Shown one piece after another: positions 56,345-64,000 of a stretch of DNA of 64,000 bases. Made by a program: the position numbers and the translations under genes. Within the stretch, counting starts at the first letter, position 1. Every line of letters begins with the position of its first letter. This DNA comes from Oikopleura dioica (Eukaryota; Animalia; Chordata). The notes under the pieces were generated by a model. The model had not been told where the DNA came from. It searched no databases and saw only the letters and a program-made list of their open reading frames with translations. The stretch covers positions 1,488,001-1,552,000 of the forward strand of contig OU015568.1 in NCBI GenBank assembly GCA_907165135.1. The letters run 5' to 3'.

Positions 56345-56415
56345 ATTTATAGTGCTTCGCTTGACCCGCTGCGGCTAGGTGGCGATGTGACGAGGTCAGG
56401 ATCACGCTCACGATC
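56345..56415 (-). promoter_or_regulatory. Conserved core promoter of CUB copy 1
   Basis: TATAAAT about 50 bp upstream of the ATG, preceded by TGACCT and GGGTCA half-sites. About 85% identical to 58384-58454. Confidence 0.6.
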
Positions 56416-57330
56416 AGGGCCCCACGGTACTGTTTTGTCTCGTATCTTACACCAAGACCATCATCCGTAGAAAAGCCTAAATTGACAAAAAAGACCTTAC
56501 ATGCTCCGATATCATGTTTTGATCATCAATTTAGCCCAAAATAGATTATTGATAGTAATTTCCGATATGTTTTTTAATTTATCAACCGGTGGTTTTGATC
56601 CATCACAAATTGTATCAGCAAGAAAATGTAACAGTAAACACCAGATTTCTGCCGGTTTTGAGATTCAATTTTGCACCAAAAGCGGCAGAAGCGGGTTTTT
56701 CGGGTTATTCTTAGGATCTTATTCGAGAAAAGCGGCAGAATTTTGGGACGGGCAATTCGTGCTTTCACTAAATATGTCAGCGACTTTACATGTTTTCAGT
56801 GAAGTATAATTTAGTAAACAAGAATAAGTTAAGGTTCGAAGAAGCCAAAGCAAGCTTAACTTTAAAACTGTCTTTTAGCAGAATACCGTTTTTGGTTAAA
56901 CAGAACGAAACTTGCAACGTGCCTCAAAGTATTTTTGATAATTCGAAGCACTCAGTCTCGAGAAGATAAACCAAAAATTTTTGTAAACAAAGAATAGAGA
57001 TTTATGTTGATTCATAATTCTAGCCGCATTATTAAGCCATCACATTTTCAGCTAAGAACAAAAATGACCTAGATAGATTTTTATCAAACTTTTTCACAAA
57101 AGCTGAACCGGCCTTTCTCAGTTCCTTATCAACTCCACGATAAGGAATTTTCCCATTATTAGCCGATTGTGCAAGTACGACAACACAATTTTTTTTTATT
57201 AGATTATATTTAACGTAATTACTTACACTACAATGTTTATACAAAAATGAAGATACAATTTAAGCGGGTGAATATATCTATTTTATTTCGATAAAAATAA
57301 AATATGAAGCAAGCAAAGAAATTTGAATAT

Positions 57331-58334
57331 TTAGCACAAATTATCGTTGTAGAAGTTTCGGACCTTTCGAGCAGCTCGAATGATCTGTCGGTGGACCCGG
57401 CCTCGTCCCTCGCAAGCCCAGTTTCGCGCCCAGGAGTTGATGGCAGCGTTGACTTGGCCGTTGAGCTTGCACATGTCGTCGGCGTCGAAGACTTGGATGT
57501 CTTCAGCTTCGGCCTCGAATCCGTTTTCAGCGTAGCAGCTATCATCGGTCTCAGATCGCTTCATCTTGTTGAGGATCTTGGTCATTCGCTTCTGGTATCG
57601 GGGGAAGTAGTCTTCGTCTCCGTTGTAAGAATCAAAGATTCGCTGAAAATCATTTTGGACTTGAAAGAAAAATCTTCCCTAGACTCACGTTCAAGTGCAT
57701 TTCGATGATTTGGAGTCGGCTCATTCGCTCAAAGCTGAATTCGAAGCCGGCGTGCTTGACGGTTTCATCAGTGAAAAAGGTGATGGTGGCCTGACCGCCG
57801 CTGACGAAGAAATCAGGAAATCCGTCGTTGCTGGGGTTGACAAGGTCGTAAAACGTCTTGCCATCTTCGTCCTCCTTATTTTTAGAAGATCGTCGTCGTC
57901 GTGCGGCTTCTCCGCAAAAGTGGAATTCATCACCGTTAGCTTCGACTTTGACGAAATCCCAGCCGCAGACATAGTGTTCCTCGACATCAAAGGTGTTGGC
58001 GACGATGTTGAAGCCAGGGATGTTTCCGAAATCGATGTCCCAGACGCAGTTGAGCCAGTCGTAGTACATGCCTCGATCGAAGCCAGGAGAGTAGATGATC
58101 GTCTCGGTATCAGTGATTCTTCCACCGCATTCTCCGTCGTAGAAGCTGGAGGAGCTAGAGCTAGAGGAGCTTGAGGAGCTTGAGGAGCTGGAGGAGCTCG
58201 ACGAGCTGTAATGGGTTGCAACAGCGCTGGCGATGATAGTTGTAAAAAGCTAAAATCGTTCGTTATTATCTATGTTTTGAACGTTTCTTTCTCTGCTATC
58301 AGTAAACGTATATTTCTTATGAAATTACCTTCAT
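57331..58334 (-). CDS. Secreted poly-Ser/CUB-domain protein, tandem copy 2
   Basis: Same exon structure as copy 1 (intron 57643-57688). Many differences fall at third codon positions, for example ttc/ttt, tcc/tct, tat/tac. Confidence 0.88.
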
Positions 58335-58383
58335 TTTTGTTTCCTCAGGATATTCTGATGATTTTTTTAACGATAAAATTCAG

Positions 58384-58454
58384 ATTTATAGTGTTTCGCG
58401 TGACCCGCTGCTGCTAGGTGGCGATGCGACGAGGTCAGCATTGCGCTCACGATC
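58384..58454 (-). promoter_or_regulatory. Conserved core promoter of CUB copy 2
   Basis: Same TATAAAT plus TGACCT/GGGTCA block as copy 1, while the flanks have diverged. Confidence 0.6.
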
Positions 58455-59376
58455 GAATTGCCGAATGTACAAAAATAGCTCTCGCGACCTAGTGCTACGG
58501 ATTTTTCTCAAATTTTACAATATTCACAGTAAATTCCTTCTTTTCATAAACAATGAATAATGCTGCATTATTAAGACCATACCTACTAGGTATATCAAGG
58601 CGTTTGACTCAAAACCTAACTTCGTCTCCTCAAAGGGTTTTTGGCTTCAAATAAAAAAAATCTCAGATACAACTTCGTCGAAAAAGTGAGACATCATTCG
58701 CCTGCTCTTCTATTTTTTATTTTTTGACCATGTTGAGTCAATCATTGATGACTCAAAAACTGACGGATCTGGGGTCAAACTCAGGGGTCAATTCTAAAAT
58801 TTTCGGCAATTTTCCAAGCTTCAAATGCATAAAAATGTTCATTCCGAAACTTTCTGGAAGCCAGTTGAACTTCAACTGTTGAAGGCTCACAAAATTCAGC
58901 AAAACGAGTTCTTTCAGATGTGTGCCGAGAAATTCAAGCCGAACAGAAAAAAATAAGTTAGTACGTTTTTTCACTTTTTTCAATTAAGGGTGTCAACAAC
59001 GATTTTCAGCCAACTTTTGAAACCTATACTTTGGTCAATGAAAAGTAGACAGAGGTCTAAAATGCCGAGACTACGGGTAAAAAATGTTTCTAAAGGACCT
59101 ACGGGCAGCACTTTTTAAGCTTTTGTTTTAGCTTACAACAATTTAAACTTTGTTTAGCAAATTTGAGTTTGCTGAAAAAGGTACTTTAAATACGTTGTAA
59201 CCACATCATTGTTTGAAGGCAAAACTTTCAGCATAAGTTATGCTGCATAACTTTCTGAAAAAAAAACTAATTAGATGAATCCCATAAATTATGGCCGATA
59301 AAACAAACTTTACGCTACAATAATTATCACTCATCTTTGTGATCTTCATATTTTTCAGTAAAAAATAGTTTGATTT

Positions 59377-60360
59377 TCAGTATTTCCAAATTTTCGACAC
59401 TCTTGGTTGATTTTCGACAGTCGTTTCAGGAGGTGAGTTAAACATCAGAGATTCGGGATTTTTCTGAACTATCGAAAGGGACTCCTCAATTTGTAGTGGC
59501 TCATCGTCGTCTTTGAAGACCCTAAAGCATGAATTAAAAATGTTTATTAGTGTAAATTTTTGATTAAAAATGGTTTATAACCTACATGGTTTGAGTTCGA
59601 ATCGCAGCGTAGAATACATCAACATAATTCTGCACACTTGGATACTGATTTCCTAGCTCCTTGAACTTGTCCTCAAATTCTGCATTAAGAATTAATAGAA
59701 AAAGCGACAAATGCGAGTTTTCTGTCATCCATTCACAGAAACGTTCAAACGAGCAGATGCTCTTGTCGAATAAAGCTCCAATATTCTCGTGAATCCAGGG
59801 TTCGAACTTGTTTTTTATTCTTCCGTCTAAGAATTGAGGAGAGTCGTAAACCCTCGCCAGTACTCGGTAGCCAAAGTAAAGGGCACTTAGTTCAAGAGCT
59901 CTTTTCCAGAGTTTATGAATTTTGAGAAGAAAAAAAGGGGGAAAAGAAACATCGAAACTCCATACATCTGCGTCTGTTTCTTCAAATATTTCTCGTTGCC
60001 CACAAAGTCATGATTCAAAAATGCTCAAAAATATTTCCTAAACTCTTGCCGAAATTGCCAAAAGCCAGGAATTGGCCTCGAATACCATCTTCTTCCTACA
60101 ACTCTTCCGAATAATTTCATTTTTTTTCCCTCTCAAATATCGCTACTCAATCGTTTCCGCATAATTACTCATCGAGCCAACCCTTCTTGCCCTCCAAATC
60201 GAAGCCAACTTCAATCAGCAGAAGTCTGGTCGTTCCAATTTTCGTTGGTTCAACGATGCAGATGATTATCTTGACTTTTAGGAGGGCATTAATCAGACAG
60301 ATTTCCGCATCCTCACGCATGTCCGATTTTGCTCAATAATCCAAGATCGTCCTCATGCAT
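59377..60360 (-). CDS. Multi-exon gene of unknown function (5' end unresolved)
   Basis: Long open frame KLWKRALELSALYFGYRVLARVYDSPQFLDGRIKNKFEPWIHENIGALFDKSICSFERFCEW, then GT-AG spliced to MVFKDDDEPLQIEE...KIWKY*. Confidence 0.5.
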
Positions 60361-60971
60361 ATACCCTCTTCAAATGCTAATTACATGCATTTTATTTTGA
60401 CTCGTCATTTTTCTTTTGAATAAAAAAATTGTTATTGTGACGAATGGCAGAGATTTCAGGGACATCAGGTAGGATCTCTTCCTTGATTTCAGAGGTAAAA
60501 TTTTTGCACTATCATCAGCCCAGCTGATTTATTTCGAGTCAGAAAAAATGATTAGCAAGCAAGAACCCCGATAATTTATCTCCTGTCTTTCAAAAGACAA
60601 GTAATCTTTGCATCTTAAATTTGGTCTTAGATTTTATTGCCAAAATAATTTTAATTTTAGTCTTCTCCATCAGTCACACCGTTGAAATAGATGAATCTGT
60701 AGATATAAAACAAGATTTAAAGCATATAGAATCTTGCCAATGCTAATCCCGAAGAAAGGGGATGGCCAAGAAGGTTTGAGTCAAGAAAACAGCGCCTCGG
60801 AAAAGGAGAACGCAAAGCATTCCAAACTTATTTTCTCAAACGGAATAAGCAGGGGGCGAACTAGACTCGGTATTGAAAGTAATGGATAGATGATTGAAGA
60901 AACAGAGAATGAGCTTTTGGCTTTGAAAAGCTTCACGATTCTTGGTAAATAATAAGGGGTGGTGTCTGGCA

Positions 60972-61157
60972 GGTAGTTGAGGGTTATCATTCGAGCTGCC
61001 CCTAACCCTAAACCGAAGGCCTAAGGCATAAACCAGGGGGCTTCGCCCCCCGGACCTCCCCTTAAAAGTTCCGCGTCCCTTACCCTAAGCAGTAGCCCAG
61101 CTTCTAGAGATATTGGATGGCTCGAATCATTGGCTCGAATGATAACCCCTCTCTTCG
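60972..61157. mobile_element. Family A MITE, copy 2
   Basis: GGGTTATCATTCGAGC / GCTCGAATGATAACCC termini. Internal CCCCTAACCCTAAACC, TAGCCCAG and GGATGGCTCGAATCA blocks are shared with 31017-31179. Confidence 0.75.
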
Positions 61158-61362
61158 TCATATAGATTATATCATATAATTTATATGGTACACATGCGAA
61201 GCTATAATCCGCTCTTCAGCATATTGAAATCTGAAAATAATCCGCTCAATAGCGGCGAAATTCGACGATTGCGTGTGCGCAAGCCAGTTCAGATCAGAAG
61301 ATATAGTTTTTATACGTTCTTCTATCAATTATTACAGAAGCAATAAATATTTTAAAAGCCTT

Positions 61363-63495
61363 ATGAAATCTATGAAAAATCAGTTCGTTAATGACTCTAT
61401 GCTTTTTTTCGTAGAGCACAAATGTACGATCAACGAGAAAATTACTTGAGAGAAAAAAGTTTAGCTTTGTTTTAGGGTCTGTTGTTGGGCTAACGATCGG
61501 AGTCATTGTTGTTTTCTGGATTGTGATAGGAAATGCCTTTACGATTTATGGTAAGTTAAAAGAGATGATGCGAAACAAAGGCGAAATAGAGTTTTTTTAT
61601 GATCAAAGCTAGATTATAATTTTTTTGAGAAATTTTTCAGTATAATTTATGCTTCTTATATCATAAGAATCATCTTCTTAAAAAAGATGGCGAGATATTT
61701 TGAAATGGCCAATTTCATTTGAAGTAAAAAGGTTGCATATATTTACCCCTCTTTTCTGGAAACGCCTAGAGAATATAAATGTGCCCCAAATTAAACCATT
61801 TACTAGGCCTTTTGCGATTTAAGCCGCCACGGAATAGCAGCGGCTCTGAGCGTCGCCGTCGGATCACCTACCATTATCTTTTCAGGTAAGATCATCCTCC
61901 TCATCACCATTATGCGTTTTTCTCCACGTGAGAAATAAAAGTTTCTTGAACCTTCTACTCTTGGTCGTCTAAAATAATGGCTAAATATTAAGTAATGCTG
62001 TCGCAGATTTGCTGATTGGAATAATCGTTACTCCCCTCGCCTTGTATCAGGAATTCAATGAATGGCCAAGCGCAGTTCCTTGTAAATTTTGGATAACGCT
62101 AGGTACACCCTTCTGTCTTCTTATGATCTTGATTCTTGAACGTAGATATAACTTGCTGTACCGCCTCGTGTCTCAGTTTAATGATCATTTCCCTGGATCG
62201 CTGGTTCACTTGCAAGCGGCCGATTCCTCCGAAGTGGTACACAGGTAAATTTGGAATACAGTCGGGGACAACTAACTCAGAAGGAGAAAAAATAAGCGAA
62301 CCATAAAACATGTTAATTGACGTTCTTAGCTGCCGCCTAAATAATTAAGACTTCTTCCCCTTACAAATCAAACGAACCCAATAAATAGTCATATTTGATA
62401 GACAGAAGAGCAGATCAAGTAATCGTCATTGTCTGGATAATCTCCGTTACCGTCTCGGCGCTTACAGTACATTCTGTCGACGAGGAAAATCAGCTCATGC
62501 TCCGCTCCAGGCTCTTTAATCAAAGCGACAGTATGCGTTGGGAATGTGTGGCGAGCTTTAGCCCGTTTTATGCAATATGGTCAGTCTTCCTTGATTTCAA
62601 CGACTTCACTCATTTCGTAGCTCGGCGACGGTGAGCTTCATCATTCCTGGAATCATCATTGTCGTCTCCAATATTGGTATCATCACTGTCTCAGCAAAGC
62701 TGAACGAGCGGAATCGAAAAAGAATGCTTTCATCGCCAGCTGGAATGCTCAAGCGAAAAAATCCAAGGTTCGACTTCTCAAAAAGGAGCCTCAGACTCTT
62801 GTCTTACTGCTTTGTAAAAACAAAATTGAGCATGATTAGCTGAATTGGCTGTTTCAACCAGAAACACAAAATAATTCAACTCATGTCGCTTGCATAATAA
62901 CTTCAGAGTCTTAAAAACATGTGTCTTGAAACACGCTATCTAAAAATTGAAATTGTAGAGCGGCCCAGCAAATCGCTGCAAACGACCGGCTGGGGCCATT
63001 ATTTTCCATCAGCGAGCCCCTCTGCAGCAAGTGAGTCGCTAATCATAGTCTTCATCGGATCACGTGCGATTTTAGAGCCCCAAGCCTGGATGTTTCAAAA
63101 GCATTATCCTCCAGCGAAAAGAATCGTCGGGAAAGAAGACTGAACAGGACTTGCACCTTGATAAGCATTTGCTTCGTCTTTTGTTGGCTTCCTTTTTCAA
63201 TTCTGCAGAGCGTTCGGAGCGTTTTTCCCTCAACTTTTGATGGTTAGAGCCTAATTTAGAACCCCCTTTCTTTATTTTTCTTAAAAAAGTTTCTTTTCCA
63301 GGGGTCAACATCATTTTCGACATAACGATTTGGCTTGGTTGGGGAAATTCAGCATTGAATCCGGTTATTTATTACTCAAATCTGGAGCATTTCAATAGGC
63401 TGAAGAATTTTATTCTGAAAGTTGGCGGGGAGTCCTCTATTTGGACTCGCCCGACGAGGTCGAATTCGAAAGAAGGAAGAGGCACAAATGGGTAA
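61363..63495 (+). CDS. Aminergic-type class A GPCR (termini approximate)
   Basis: TM1 IGN, TM2 AVADLLIG, TM3 LDITCCTAS...SLDRW with Asp3.32, TM5 FIIPG, TM6 FCWLPF, TM7 WLGWGNSALNPVIY. Confidence 0.9.
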
Positions 63496-63723
63496 GAGAA
63501 TGAGGATATCGTTTCGTTTACATTCAATCAAGCCCGATTCTACCAAAATCCCCGACGATAGACAATGTGCTCCCGCGCTGGCTGGACAAAAAGCGAGAAA
63601 AAAGGTAAGAACTAGTAAGATAAAACTGCTCTTATCAAATTCTTCCATAGAAAATCGCACGACACTCTATCCGTCCGAAGCAGGGCTGCTGAATTCGGAG
63701 CGTTTGCGTTTGCCCGCGATTTT

Positions 63724-64000
63724 TTGGCGGAAGATCCGCTGATTTTCTCCGTTTCTCCGCGCTATTCTCCGATCGTCCGATCGTCCGAGTTTATCCGCCG
63801 CGCGGATCGTCCGCGATTACCCGCTACCCTTTTTCTCTAGCCAATCAAAAGGGAGGAACACCGTTTAAATTCGTCTTTTCAGCGGAAATTTCGGCGGATT
63901 ATCCGCGATTCTCCGCTCCCTTTTCTCCGCTTGAAACCGGCGGATCTTCCGTGAAAAAAACTGCGGATTTTCCGTGAAACAGCTGCGGATTTTCCGCCAA
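63724..64000. mobile_element. TIR/foldback element rich in GCGGAT/ATCCGC repeats (may run past the window end)
   Basis: TTGGCGGAAGATCCGC at 63724 matches the reverse complement of the last 16 bases at 15/16 positions, with internal reiterated copies. Confidence 0.6.

Noticed and set aside
57661-57688. Apparent 28-nt GT-AA intron in both CUB copies
   Set aside because: A canonical in-phase TTTCAG acceptor 18 nt further on gives an ordinary 46-nt GT-AG intron in both copies.
59377-60400. Histidine acid phosphatase call suggested by DLGLLSKIGH
   Set aside because: No RHGxRxP or HD motif could be assembled, so it is left as unknown.

Overview
Gene-dense, AT-rich eukaryotic DNA with many 40-60 nt introns, C-ending and CGA-biased codons in highly expressed genes, and several GA-AG introns. 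The best fit is a larvacean tunicate such as Oikopleura (inference, no database check). Well-supported genes: SERCA Ca2+-ATPase, a divergent alpha-tubulin, an SLC16/MCT transporter, a CHST-type carbohydrate sulfotransferase, a TRPC3/6/7-like channel, a DEG/ENaC channel, an NR1-type nuclear receptor, an aminergic class A GPCR, two ZP-domain proteins, an EGF type II membrane protein, two tandem CUB-domain secreted proteins and tRNA-Asn(GTT). The window also holds several orphan secreted or membrane genes, a 5'-truncated tRNA-Cys copy and at least six small TIR/foldback elements, some carrying CCCTAA telomere-like repeats. Most interesting: a 59-aa KR-punctuated neuropeptide-like precursor; a recurring class of non-canonical introns (GA/GG donor, mostly with an A-rich AAG acceptor) in five genes; secreted proteins with polybasic cleavage loops inserted inside folded domains; a conserved TATA plus nuclear-receptor-half-site promoter on the CUB duplicates; and an intronic MITE with an 8-bp target duplication. 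Exon structures were derived by hand, so termini marked as uncertain may be off.
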